Of a stretch of DNA of 57,340 nt, positions 11,660 to 24,650 are shown piece by piece (position 1 is the stretch's first letter; each line of letters opens with the position of its first letter). The stretch comes from Phoronis australis (lineage: Eukaryota > Animalia > Phoronida), in contig NMRA01001094.1 in the NCBI GenBank assembly GCA_002633005.1, positions 1 to 57,340 on the forward strand, in the 5' to 3' direction. Position numbers and translations under genes: made by a program. The notes under the pieces are model-generated. The model was not told the DNA's origin. It made no database searches and saw only the letters and a list, made by a program, of their open reading frames with translations.

Positions 11660-14600
11660 CGTACATGTACATACAGAGATATGTACATACATGTATATTA
11701 TCGCTTTTGTTGAAGCATGGGGAATGGATGAAGATGAGCTTACAGTGGAAGGGTACCCGTGTTTTGGGTCGGTGAGAAATAAACACCCTCAAGCATTTCT
11801 GAATTCTGGTGGTGAAGTATTATTTTGTAAGGATGTATTGGGAGCTGAAAGCCTTCCTTCAAGTTCGTCTGACGTTTTATGGGTAGAGATTGACCTACCC
11901 GGTTATCTGTATCCTGTTTTAGTTGCAGTTATGTATCAGTCTCAAAAACTTAAAGTGAAAATTTGGAAATAACGAAAATACTTGAGCGGAATGAGAGGGC
12001 TGGTCACCTGTAAATAATGGGCGATTTTAATGCTGGTACGCGTAACAGGCAAGTCTTTATTGAAGACGATAGTATTAAGTATATGGATAATTTCAGTCCT
12101 ATTTTTTATTGTGTTGGTTATGTTGAAGATAGCTTGTGTTGTAGGACCTCACAAGATTATGGTGAGATACATGAGTTTTGGTGCACAATTATCAGAGTTT
12201 GTCGAAGAAATAAGATAACAATTCTGAATGGTAGAGTAGGGAAACATGCAGATATTCGTAATGTAACATGTGTAACTTACATGTATAGTGGATCTGGTAT
12301 ACTTGACTATGTCATGATGAGCAATGATTTATTGCGCTGAGTGGACTGTTTTGAAATCGGTGAATTATGTGAATCGACTGCGCACTTTCCATTGATTTTT
12401 AGTTTGTGTAAGACGCAGCAAAACAACTGGGCTCGAGGTAAACAGATTGAAACTGTTTATACTGTAATTGGAACGAGGGGTTGAGCCTAAGACATGCAGA
12501 AAACTGGAGGTGGATCAGTTGCTCGCTGACGTCATTTACCCTCGAACATAGATTCACGTGTCGAAAGTTTAACGGAAGCCATTAAATTATGTGCTGCGTA
12601 CATGTTAAAACCAAAAAAGGACATATTTTGTAATCCAGTTAGTTTTCCCAAATAGTTTGATGCTGATTGTAGGGAAATGAGAGCTGTGGTTAGGCAAAAA
12701 TTAAGTAATTTCGGATTCAGTATTGGAACACCGAGAGAAGAATCTAACCGAACTATATATAGACCAGCTAGAAGAGATTATGGAAATTTAATAAAGTGAA
12801 GCGGATAGACTGTAACAGAGAACATTACAAAAATCAGTTGTGGAGAGTAAAGACAATAAAAAATTCTGGCGCATATTTAATAATAAGAAGAAGTGTTTAT
12901 CGACTAATATTAAACCGAAGGAATGGATAAACTATTTCAGCTCTCTCTTTGAAGGCCGCTATTTTGTTATTAATCCTGACTTCACTGAATTTCATGCTTT
13001 TATTGAGAACTCAGTAAAAATGACATCAATTCAAGTAATGCAATTGTTGATATGCAGCAGGACGCTGAGATCACAAAAGACGAAATTATATAAACCATCG
13101 GTAGTATGCAAGACGGAACTTTGCCAGGGTGTGATAAAATTAGCATTGTGTTTTACAATTATGCTGATAAAAAGTTGGTAGATTCGCTTTTCCATCTATA
13201 CATGTACAACTACTGTTTTAAAAATGGTGTGTTTCCAAATGAATGGACAAAATCCATTATTGTACCGATATTTAAGGGCTTCGCCAAAATTCACGAAAAT
13301 TTCAGAGGAATTTCCCTCATGCAAGTCACAGCCAAAATATTCGAAAAAATATTGTGCCAGCGACTTCAAAAATGGTCGGAAAGAGAAAACGTAATTAGTA
13401 TGTCTCAAGCTGTGTTTAGGAAAGGACACAGTACAGTGGATCACATGTTTGCTTTATATAATTAATTAACTAAATATTTGACACGAGAGCAAGGTAGATT
13501 TTATTATGCTTTCGTGGCTTTTAAAGCCGCTTATGACAGTATATATAGAAGTGCATTATACTTTAAATTAAAGAACAATCACATAGAAGGTAAGATGTAT
13601 AAGATAATTAAAGCAATGTACGCTTAAAGTAAAAAACGTGTGTTAGACTGAGCTACACAGAGGTCTTTGATTGTCAGAATGGTCTAAAAAAGGTTCTCAG
13701 CTATCACTGTTTTTGTTTATTTTATTTATAAACGATCTCGAGCAAGAATTACAATCCGGTGGCTGTGAAAAACTTCCATGGGATCGGATGATTTGGTTTT
13801 ACTTTCTTATACATGTAGTGTGAAAGGACTGCAGAAAAAAATTACATGAGTATTGTCAGAAATGGAAACTGATATCATGTCAAAGACTAAGATAATTATT
13901 TTCACAAAGGGTGGAATGTTACGATCGTATATGTATGAAAAATGGACGTATGATGGGAATACTGTTAATATTGTAAATGCATATGAATGTTAAGGATTAA
14001 TGTTTATTACGAAAGGTTCGTTGTCTTGCGCACAGAAAACTATCATTACAGGCTGTTAAGGCAGTGAATTTAATGAGGAAAAATGTCAATGGTTTTAAAG
14101 CATATTGAAATACTCCACACAAAATTTTGTAAGAAAAATTTAAATTTGCTTGGCACGGCAATTTCATAGGCTGTTAGAAGTGAGATGGCTGGTTACTCCT
14201 TGTTTGCTTACCGACTTCTTGGAATTATGAAATATTGGTTAAAACTGTTAAAACCGATGCGACAAAAATTACATATCATTGCTATGAATGGCATTACAAT
14301 GTCACGGAAATTGTTAATAAACTGTGCTAGGTTTATGATGTTAAATAATATCTATTTCAGTTTGGGTTTGGAGAAGCATGGTACAATCAGGGTGTAGGAT
14401 CCGAGAGAAGCTTCATATCACTTTTTGACCAGAGATGCAAAGATATTGATCAGCAAAAATGGCAAGAAACTTTGAACAATTCGATTAAGCTGAAAACTTT
14501 CAAAACTACACTGTATATGTTTTGAAAATTATTTACATGTAATTGAGAATGCACATGTAAATGTTAGATCTGATATGGTAAGATTAAGATGTTCAGCGCA

Positions 14601-14830
14601 AGGGTAGACACTTTAAACTTAAAAGACCAGAAAGGTTATGCCCTCTCTGTGTTAGTACAAATAATTCTGTCCTGTTTATGGCCTTCTGATATTTACCGTG
14701 TATTAATGGCTGGGTACGTAATTTTTCTTTAGACACATCAGCACCCCTTACATGGGTTTTATTTTTGAAAAAAAAACATCCGCATATTGACGAAATCATT
14801 ATTGCTTGGTATAACCTGAAGTACACAATT
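11660..14830 (+). mobile_element. Decayed non-LTR retrotransposon ORF2 (APE endonuclease + reverse transcriptase; CR1/L2-group-like)
   Basis: Fragments in colinear order: IIAFVEAW, DVLWVEI, MGDFNA, LNGRVG..SGSGILDYVM (APE); FPNEWTKSIIVPIFKG..NFRGISL..KIFEKIL..SQAVFRKGHSTVDHMFAL and FYYAFVAFKAAYDSI (RT); IMKYWLKLL (C-terminal region). Many stops and frameshifts. Confidence 0.92.
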
Positions 14831-15554
14831 CCAATCACGTTTCGGAAAACTGGGTCTGTGCAAATGCTTACTTTGATATCCGGCTTCGGGCGCCCATGCA
14901 GTGGTGTTCACAGGAACAAACGACTAACCGATGTAGTTATGTGCGTGTCTTATCAACTGGTACATGGTGTTTTGGTGTCTTTTGTGCATTTTTATTTTTT
15001 AATTGAAATACTTAATTTTAAATACCAGTTTCTATAACTCTATCGTTTTGCAAAATTTTGTTCCCAACTTTTATTCAGTTCCGGATATGCACACGTACAG
15101 TTCCATTGGTCAATTATTTCACAGAATGACACGACTTTACATGCACGCATACTGCTGGTTGTATGCGCATCTATTTTCATGGGTTTCTATTCATATGTTT
15201 TTCTATTTAGTGTTCAAGTGCTTCATAAGAACACATGCCTCAAATCTTTTTGCTAGAATGAATCAAATGGCGTCGGGTCAAGGAATTTTTAGACCCAGAT
15301 TAAAAACTTTAGGAATGCAGTGATGTAATGGCGCACTGGAGAGCGGTGCCCATGACTGCTGATCGCCTTGTCGATTTGTAACAACTGAAAAATAGGTTCT
15401 ATATACATGTAATTATAATGACGAAAAATGTTTATCACTGTATAATACCACGCAGTATAACGGAAATATTTTCCAAACTTTATACATTTTAGTGACTGTC
15501 CTTTCTACTGAGCAGGCAAAACCTCACAGGCCCTAGCAGCACTTGGTGAGAATT

Positions 15555-15840
15555 TCAGCCAAGACATTAGGAATTTCGTATTTGCAATGGCTTATATGAC
15601 AGTTTAAGCAATGCGTGGATCACAGGTTTACATTGCTGTGTGTTACCAATATTTTGAAACTTCTCATGAATTTCAAATTTCAAATTTTATCCTAAAAATT
15701 TCCCAGCTGTCATAAGGGCACTGTGCTTTTCTTCACATAACGTTATCATCAATAGGGCTGACAGCGTGTCATGCGCTGTCTGGCTTACGAGTATAGTCGT
15801 GTCGTCTCCATACACATCTATATACATGTAGCTCATTGGT
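15555..15840 (+). repeat. Dispersed repeat, diverged copy 1 (partner 54790-55025, inverted)
   Basis: aatttcagccaagacattaggaat..gcaatggcttat..tttaagcaatgcgtggatcacaggtttacattgct..gtgtcgtctc..tagctcattg aligns with the reverse complement of 54790-55025. Confidence 0.75.
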
Positions 15841-16792
15841 CTCTAAATTCAAGCGCAAGTGGGATGTTGGGTTCAAGACATACACCAAAAATATATATGA
15901 TGTATGCGTGTGATATGGGGTGGATACCCAGTATAGTTTGCTGAAAATTACGCTGTAATAAACTTCTTTGCATGTCTGATAACCGTCTCACAAGCGAGTA
16001 TTTCACTGGAACCTCACGTGCAGAAAGGACAATTGGTCAAAAACTGTTGTTCAAATTTTTACTGAGGTTGATCAGATTGAAGCATTTTATCAAAGGTCAG
16101 GTTGTGGTCTTAGAAATGTGGCATGTATGTTACATGTACATGTACGTGTTGCCTATTTTTAAACGTTTTTTTTGGAAATGGTGGCTTATAAGCCCAAGTT
16201 GTGGCTGGGTAGCAATTGCTTTAGGTGACTGAAATAAATGATATTTATTGATAGCTACACTGTATGCATTAATCCTGGGCAATATAACTTCTATTGGTCC
16301 TTCAGACCAAAAGCCTTTCGGACCATTGGCTCTTCGGACTAAAGAACATTAAACGATAAGTTAACGTCACGCCATTTTAAACGCAGAAAATGACTTTTTC
16401 TACTTTTTGGCAGTTCATTCATGATGTTTCCAAATTGTCTAGCTTCTTTTTTACCTTGACTGAAACTTCCGAACAAGTGAGACACTACAAGATTTGACGT
16501 GCGGGAAATTTTATTGAAAAAACGAATCAAAATCGAAGTCACCAAGGGAGAAATATTGGAACGTGGGAGAATAAAAGAAGGTGGCCAAAGCTGGCAGGAG
16601 AGCGGAAGACTGCTGCGGAATGTGTGAGTCTCCCACTCCACTGATGGTGAGAGACTTGAGAGATATGCAAAGGTTTTCAGAGAAACCTAGAGTTCCACAT
16701 TTTCCCAACTCAAATGGCCATTGTCCAAAGTTCTTGACCAATTAAACGAGTAAAGGCATCACGGACGTGAAACAAAGTTAGAGTTACCTACC

Positions 16793-16989
16793 TTTTCTGT
16801 TCTTCATTGCTGTTTTTCTTTGGTGCTGCTATTCTTGGTTCAGCACTGTTTTTTTTCGAGCCTCTTATTGGTTCACTCTTCCGTGGTGCTTCCTGTGCTT
16901 CATTTCTACTTCTCTTTGGGACTGCTTCGTCTTGTTGACAGGCATTTTCTTCCAGGTTATCACTAGCCAACAGTGTCTTCACCAGGTCC
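16793..16989 (-). other. Exon-like open segment encoding a K/E-rich low-complexity peptide, gene unassigned
   Basis: Acceptor ttgtgtaatttag, open frame DLVKTLLASDNLEENACQQDEAVPKRSRNEAQEAPRKSEPIRGSKKNSAEPRIAAPKKNSNEEQK, donor AG|gtaggtaa. Confidence 0.4.
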
Positions 16990-17936
16990 CTAAATTACAC
17001 AAAATAAATGGGAAATGATGATCAAAACGTGTACAAAAATATTGTTGCCATAAAGTTTTTTGTTTGATGACGATATATGTATAATCAATATGTCCTCCAA
17101 AGACTGCTGATCAATTATCGTCAAATCTTTTTCATCGTGCAGGTATATGCTATGGAAGACTAATAGTATGTCCCATTGACTGTTTACTAAGTTTTCGTCT
17201 TTCATCCACCCAGGCTCGACATAAAATGCCCACCCTTTGATTTTTGAGTTTCCCAGTTCAAGCACCCTTAAGGCAGTATAAAAAATAATTGTAGGCGGTC
17301 TGATAAACGTTGTACCAGACGTGCGCAGTCCTCGCATGTGGTCCCATTGCACTGATCACTTGGAAATATTTTAAGGCAGTAACATACATTATATTTCATT
17401 TAGTATAGAAACAAAGGCAAAAGCTTAGGAAGAAAACAGATGTGCTGGGTACAGTATCCAATGTTACAGGGCATTTCCAATTGTGACGGGCATACAATCG
17501 TATAACATTTTGATAATTTGCAAAAAAAATGTTCGTTGTAGGAAAAGACTAAGTAATACATGAAATGTTAGGTATCATCGATAGCTTTATAAACAGGTTC
17601 AGGTAATGGATGCGTCAAAAGAGATGTGAATTAGATTCCATTTGCTAGAAGACAATACAGTGTGGGTCTCACAGAAGACGTTTTCCGGATGCTAAGGATC
17701 ACTGCGCTGTCTCATTGCCACAATCTGTGAGCACACCAATCGACTCCACGTTCTGTACTATGATGGAAATAATGAAAATATAATTTGATTGACAACTTTG
17801 TTTACAAGAGTTACACAGCAAAACGTACATTCATTTGAAATTAAGTATGGGAAGAGAGACACGTTGCGTGTATGGTATCTTCTTCTCATTCTGCGTTCCC
17901 GGCCATGTATCTTAGATGCTGAGTTTGGTTTTCTGG

Positions 17937-18191
17937 TCAAAGTCCGGTTCGCCGCAATAATGCTGTCGGGCCCCACAGTTTTACGTTGAGGTCCACCGGA
18001 CTGGGCCGTGTCTGCCGCCTTAGGGTGTCAAACTTAGGGCAGCTCTGCAGTATATGCTCAGTTCTCTGGGGGCCAGTTCCACAGGTGCACGCGCCTGTGT
18101 GAGAGATTTTCAGGTGATACATGTTGGAGAGCAGCTGGCAATGGCCAGTTCTTAGCCTGAAGACAGTGACTTGTTCCTTCCGTGTATGCAT
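17937..18191 (-). mobile_element. 5'-truncated LINE 3' end (I/ingi-like C-terminal CCHC region)
   Basis: QVTVFRLRTGHCQL..HLKISHTGACTCGTGPQRTEHILQSCP..LWGP matches the RLRTGH + C-x-C-x7-EH-x4-CP motif of RNase H-containing LINEs. Confidence 0.85.
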
Positions 18192-19089
18192 TACAGCGTT
18201 CTGTAGTTCAGCAACCTTTCCAGACGTGAGGGGTGGTGAACATGCGATAACATCTGGCTCTTTTGTTAACTACCCAGCTCAGTCTTTTGTCCCGTTTGAT
18301 AACAAACAGGCCAATTATCCCCCAAGCTTCAATGGAAACGTATGGTGGTTGCACGCTATTACCGAACGCGTATGAACACAGACAAACCCAGGGCGTTGGT
18401 AATCGGTTTGGACAGAATTGATTATCTTAACTTCTGTTGTAATTGGGCGATTTTAGTGATTCAGAAACTTAACATGATCAGCATTTGACGAGGAATTCGG
18501 AAATGCTATTGGTTTAAGCTCCCATGTGTTATAACTTAACGTTAACTTCATTTTCATCAGCCCAACCCAGTCAGGCTAGATACGATCTGATCGGAGATTA
18601 TAGCAATTATTGAACAAAAGAGCGCAGGCCCTGAAGCCATAAATGCCAGAATGGAGTTAATCAGTCTTGTAAGATATTGGCTACGTGGGTAAACTTCCCA
18701 ACTTGTTGCTGGGCTATAGAATCGAACAAGTTGGGAGCAACGGGATGTCTCCGTCATGGGTATCATTACCAAGACATTTGTGCACGGCGAAATAACATTC
18801 AACAAAATGAAATGTATTATTTAAGAAAAAAATAATTGTTGATAACAACAAATGATATTCAAAAAGCATTGATAACACCACAGCATTAGATGATATCTTA
18901 ACTATGTATCACCAGGCAACTTCCCAGGTCTAACATGGTGAAGGAGACAGGGTCGCTGTGGAAGATTACGAAGACCGTGAACGATGACCATCCGTGTACT
19001 CCAAGAGGGACACTTCTATAAAAAGCGGCCATATTTACACTGGGATAAAAGTTGCTTTCATGCTTTCAGTCTGGAAACTTTCATTAGAC

Positions 19090-19330
19090 AGGTCAAGAAA
19101 AATAAGACCCCGGAAAGGCGATATCAACAATCCAATGAGCCAACACCTTGATGCTAACACAAAACAGGAGCTTCTTGACATCTACTGTACAGCAACTCTT
19201 CAAGGGGAAGGACAGGCACAGCACGAGCAGCTATCTCCCATCAGCCTCCCCAGCTGCCTAAGCAAACTTATGAAACACATATTCAACAAACACGTGTATT
19301 ATCATTTGGAAAATAACGGGCATCAAGACG
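19090..19330 (+). mobile_element. LINE reverse transcriptase N-terminal fragment (I/ingi-like)
   Basis: With frameshifts: K..PGK.DINNPMSQHL..KQELLDIY..GKDRHSTSSY.PISLPSCLSKLMKHIFNKHVYYHLENN. This resembles SPG.D.I.NEML.HL..SYRPISL.SCLGKLMERIVN.RL...LE. Confidence 0.75.
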
Positions 19331-20854
19331 AAGATCTCAAGCCACCTGATCAAGGCGGTTCATCAGAAGCACTATAAACTGCTATCCAGCAACCACTGAA
19401 AATGTCACAAAACGTTGAGGAATGGGCTCTAGACGCTCCCCCCATTAACTTGAGTGCTTAGAAGGGGCCATACATGGGAAAGTGTTGTAGCCGTGTAACG
19501 ATATTTCAGTTCCATTTAGATGGCCGTCTAGGTGTAATTTGTCTAGTCCCACATAATGAACAGCGCCACCTTCTGGATGGACCCCACGCAGAATTCATTG
19601 AGACTCACGGTTTGAGTCTGGGCGGAACATTATAATTAACTTAAACAACAATTTTTCAGATCTGAAATCAATTTTGAGGAAGTATTCATAATTTTGTAGG
19701 TGTTCTCGGAAATGTAATGGAAATTTACCGTAATGACTAGAATTAAAGCAAACGTCATTCAATGAACTAGTATTTACATCTTTTTGTAACTATAGCAATC
19801 TTTATTTTGTTTTTGCAAATATAATATTAATTTACCGTAATTCACTTAGACTCTGCCAGCCCTAAGACTAGTATGAAAACAAACGCCATTCAACAGAATA
19901 ACATCATGATTTCAGATGCTTTTGTACAAAATAAATGAAAGCGTTAATTACATAATATTTTAGAATAAGCTTCTTATACATTAAATATTATTTATAAAGT
20001 ATTTGTGTGGCTGTATGACATGGAATAAGTAAATACGAACTAATGAATAAATTACACTCACTAACAAGCAAAGAAAAGTAGAGAAACAATAAATAAGACC
20101 ATTTTGATGAACATGATCGTTTATTTTAACTTTGCACCACATCAGTTCAAAAGGCATTACACTCATTTGACCAATCATACAAAACCTCATCTTTATGAGC
20201 GTGTGTTAAATGACAGACGTGACGAAAATCGCTCTATTCACGGTGCGTAAATCAGAGGCGTTTTTTGGTTATGAATCATGCACCATATCTGGTAACCCAA
20301 TTATTCCTCTCGGTCACGAACGTACCTCGTCGAGTGACACGCTGAGTACGAAAGTGTCACGTTCCCTCATATACTATAGACAACTATGACATGCAATTTA
20401 AAGATTATTGACTGTGTTGTAGTATTCATGGTGGAATAGTTAATGAGGTTAAATCTTCCACTACCCCGAGAAAACACTACCACTACGAAGGCATACTACT
20501 TCGGAAAAATTCACTTCATCGTAAACCCCCTACTCGTAAACTCCACTCCAAAATCTACTAAACTGATTTTCAAAGTTTTAAAACTGCACTGATGATTGAT
20601 TCATCTAAGAAACGTTTTGTCAAAGGTTGTCGTGGGTGCTGACCACGTTTTATTTGTAACTCCCGTGTGATAATTCCATCGCGCAAGAGCCTTGAAGTAT
20701 AATACAAGGCACCAACTCATATCATCTTCAAGAAAACTGCTTGCTAAATACGGTATAAGCTTCAAAGTCACCAGTAGCGCTGTTCATCTATTCGTGTCTT
20801 TAAAATCCGTTTTTGAACGCCAATTATCATGACAACAAAAGTAACATAGAATTG

Positions 20855-20948
20855 TTATCATTATCATCTTTGTCATCATTATTATTATCATCGTTAATTT
20901 CATTTTACTTTTAATTTTTACTGTTATTTTATTGTCGTAATGATTATT

Positions 20949-20979
<31 letters not shown>

Positions 20980-21020
20980 TTATTATTTTTATTATTAGTA
21001 TTATTATTTTCATTATTATA
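20855..21020. repeat. (ATT/ATC)n trinucleotide low-complexity tract
   Basis: Long attattatt runs at 20944-21018, with degenerate atc/att repeats upstream. Confidence 0.9.
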
Positions 21021-23205
21021 AACATGTTAGTTGTCCTTGAATAAAAACTGTCAGTGCATTTCACATTTGGACTTGGTGAACGATTTTTTTCAAATATCAA
21101 GGCACCAACAAACATATACATGTGGCTTTGCAAATTCAGCTGTTTGTCGAATGATTTTGGGCGCATGTGTGAATTCAGCATAAGTGGGAAGAAGTTTATA
21201 AACTGTTTGGTGACTTCAAAGTTTTACCTTCGCGCGTATTTCAAAAATCCTGAGTTTTGTATTTTCCAGAACTTTCCTCAAAAGGTAGTGTGAATAACCC
21301 TTTAGTAGACGTTTCAATGCGGTACTTTTGTGAGAAATTGTTTAAAGTGTATTTTCGACGAGCTTTCGTGTTCCATGCCTCTTTAAGCGATGGAAGAGCA
21401 CGACCACACTTTGACGACGTACCTCCTGTTAGAAGAAATGGCTTTAATAAGGGGGTAGGTACAGTTATTAAGAATTTGAAAAACATGTCCCGGTTATCTT
21501 TGGAACATCATAATTCAGAAATGGTTTATCAGATTAACATGAAAGTTACAAATAATATGCTCTGTAGACCGTTCTCCAAAACTCTGTATTGTTTGTTTTT
21601 AAAATGCACTACTTCATCACATTCAGGTTGTTTTTAGTGCGAGTGTTCCAGGAAAATCACCCTAGGTACCTATTCAACTATGGCTTCTATGACTCTATAA
21701 AGGCTAAGATTAATCCGATAGCTTTCACGTTTCTATGCAAACTAGTTTTCGTCTGGGTGCTGCTGGGTAAACAAGAGTAAATATAAATCAACATTAAAAA
21801 TACACCGAAATCCGTCAATCAGAATTATCGTAATCGTGCATGTGGTGCTTTGCGAACACAAGAAGGGCGATACATTGTACCCAACCAGCTTGTCTCTTTT
21901 TGTTATCAGCATTAAAATTCACCGGCCACCACTTCAAATTCAAACGCTTTAAACTACGACCAGTGTTGTTAACTCAGAGATAATGCTGCAGTGTTCCGGG
22001 ACAAGGAAATCTTTTGAAAGAATCCCGACTGAGGTGAGATTCTCCATTTTAATCCTAAGTCTTTGACTAGTGCTGTAGCCTTTGGGTTAGATTCACTCAT
22101 CGGTCTAGTTTTGTGGTATGTCGTAAGACATCACCTGGTTCCGGGGTCAAGGCTTTGTACTCTAGATCATTTACTGTTTTGTTTTAATACGCGCTCAAGA
22201 TAAATGTCTCTTATTCTATGGTCAAAAATATAGTGAGTTACGCCACTGCCTGAATTTCCAGACCAAGTTCGGGCTTGATGACGAAAGAATTTAGCTACAA
22301 ACTCGAGTAAATAATCGAGATTTCGAGTAAAAATTCAATTAAAGCAGAACTATCAAGTGCAAGCTATGATTATATAGTCCTCCAGGCACATAAACCAGAA
22401 TCATGGACACCTATTTTTGTTTGAAGTTTAGTAGAAATGTATCCTGGTGAACTTCTGTTCAGAGAGGCAAGTGCTCAAAGACTTTTTGAACATACAGTGC
22501 GTGAAAGATCTGGGAACAAACGTCAATTTCATGTTCTCAATGGTTTTTTGTTTGCGACGAAAATGAATGCACGTTTGATGCGAAAAATCGACACTTTTGA
22601 AAGTGCTAATACTCCAAGCCTTTAAAAAGACAACAAACCCGCCCCCTTTTGTCAGCTATTGTGTCGAATTTATCTCGACCTGCTCCTTACTGAAGTTACG
22701 GGATTTGTCATTTCGGAAGTGAAAGAGAACATTGGAAGAAAGTTGCCGTTTCAAGACAACGTAGCTTACAAAGGCTTTAACGAAGATGTGACATTGTTGA
22801 GATATAAAGGTTTATTCGCGTTGTACATGTACATTAAACAAATATAAGTAAAAAGAGCATACATTAGATATTTTTATCGCAAACAGATATCACGGTATTG
22901 GCAAAAGCAATAAATGTATAATAACGACCCAGTGCATCTTTATCCTCTAACGACGCATTTCTGGCAACCTGCATAAACGGACTTTCCTATAACCTGGGTT
23001 AGACAATTAACAAACTTTCTAGAACCTTATCGAAACTAGGAGTAAGTGCCTAAGACAAAATGAACGGATTCTAGAAAATTTACCCCTTGGAAAGATCACC
23101 AAGAACCACATTTGAGAAATAGAGATTGAGTAGAGGGGTTGTTTTGAGCAAAGTTTTAAGGCTTGGCGAATGGATCTCGAATTGCAGTTAGTAATGACTC
23201 CTCTG

Positions 23206-23334
23206 TTACTTCGACCCATAACGAAGACTGTTTGGTCCACTGCGCATGTGAGCCAGATTCTTCCGGTGTGTCTTGTTTTCAGAGACCCATTCTGGGTTAA
23301 TGATAAAATGACTTTTGGTGGGCGCCTTCGTTTT
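23206..23334 (-). CDS. Host gene coding exon 8 (terminal): KTKAPTKSHFIINPEWVSENKTHRKNLAHMRSGPNSLRYGSK*
   Basis: Acceptor cttctgtttcag, phase 0 matching the exon 7 donor, 129 nt ending in TAA. Confidence 0.8.
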   Translation of the reverse strand, partial: KTKAPTKSHFIINPEWVSENKTHRKNLAHMRSGPNSLRYGSK

Positions 23335-23702
23335 CTGAAACAGAAGTAAAGTCATCGGTGAATTGTAAGACATTGCCTACAACTTTATAATGAAAGAGAA
23401 ACGAAGCGGGCTATTTAGACTTTGCCCTGAAATGTAGGCTAGTTCGTTGACATTTTTTGCAATCAAAGTTGAGTCAAAACTGCCATCATTAATATCATAA
23501 TAACGTGCTTCGATGAAAACTACAGCAAAAGGTAAGTAACCTTGTTTCATCCTATCCATATACAAATTAACTGACGGAGTTTTCTGTAGACATGTCAATA
23601 CTTAAATACAAATGCTCTAGTACGCACACGTGTTACAGTACACGTCAAAAGCATTCAGACAAAATGACCCGCATATCCTGTCATTACGGCTGAGCGGCAT
23701 CT

Positions 23703-23855
23703 GCCTCCCGTTCAGTAACGCTAGGACCTTACTAAAAAGCAAGACTTCGCGAGATTACGAGAGATGTTGCCGTGTATTTTAAATGAGAACACGTGACATT
23801 GACTAGCTTTTAGATAGGTCCTAGCGTAGGTCCTAGCGTCTACTGAACGCACACC
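23703..23855 (+). mobile_element. ~150-bp MITE, copy 1 (TIR core CGTTCAGTA)
   Basis: cgttcagtaacgctaggacc...ggtcctagcgtctactgaacg. Near-identical to 33536-33680, with an inverted relative at 54399-54512. Confidence 0.85.
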
Positions 23856-24026
23856 TGAATTCATCGTCACACTAGTCTTCTCTGATGACCGAGATTGACA
23901 GAAAAGTTAGTAAGGTGCCTAAGCCATTCCATACTTATATTTTTGCAGCTCTAAGAGACATTACCAGTTATTCTTGTCGTTTACAAAATCATCCGTCATG
24001 ACGAGTAAACGATATTTTTGTCGTGA

Positions 24027-24650
24027 TTACTTTTGTCTTGTGCTGTACGTGTATATACTAGTCAACTCTGATAGTTTGGAGGAGGTTTGAAAACTATTTA
24101 AAGGGAATTTCTGATAGTGCTCCACGGCATGGTCGGAAATCCGCACATTACTACTAGAATCCCAGTTGTAAGCCTGGAAACTTTGCCACCGACATCGACA
24201 TGGAATGAAGATATGAGCCCGCGTTCTGTCCAATGAAAAGGACCTATGACTCGGGCCTCTTACAACTCTAATTTGTTCATTTCCCAGATGGGAAGGGATT
24301 TTTGGGTTTCCACAGAACTGAAAAATGTTCATTTTGATACCATGGTCGGCAAATAAAGCTTCACCCCGTGGCAAGTTGAAAAGACTTGTTTCCAGCAATG
24401 ACGAACTGCGCAGCCCTGAACTAACACTTAGTTGACTAAGGAAACAATTTGACACCGATTTCATAATGGTAAGTCGTTTAGACTGAAAATTGCCTTTTCC
24501 TGTGGAAGGAAGGACATGTCCACTTTTTAAGAGTGGTGCATTAAATAAGTGTGTTTTATGATAAACCCGATAAGGTTCGGAAATTAATTCTTCCCCGTTT
24601 CTCATACTGCTGTGTTGTTTGCTGTTTGTTTGAGACTTGCAAAGAAATCG
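24027..24650 (-). CDS. Long open frame inside intron 7; possible alternative terminal exon of the host gene
   Basis: 223-codon stop-free frame in AT-rich DNA. In-frame phase-0 AG acceptors would start an exon at 24650 or 24635, compatible with the exon 7 donor. No recognisable domain. Confidence 0.35.
   Translation of the reverse strand, partial: RFLCKSQTNSKQHSSMRNGEELISEPYRVYHKTHLFNAPLLKSGHVLPSTGKGNFQSKRLTIMKSVSNCFLSQLSVSSGLRSSSLLETSLFNLPRGEALFADHGIKMNIFQFCGNPKIPSHLGNEQIRVVRGPSHRSFSLDRTRAHIFIPCRCRWQSFQAYNWDSSSNVRISDHAVEHYQKFPLNSFQTSSKLSELTSIYTYSTRQK

Noticed and set aside
20924-21637. ORFs of 79-126 aa on both strands
   Set aside because: One is driven by the ATT microsatellite. The others have no recognisable motif or consistent splice sites.
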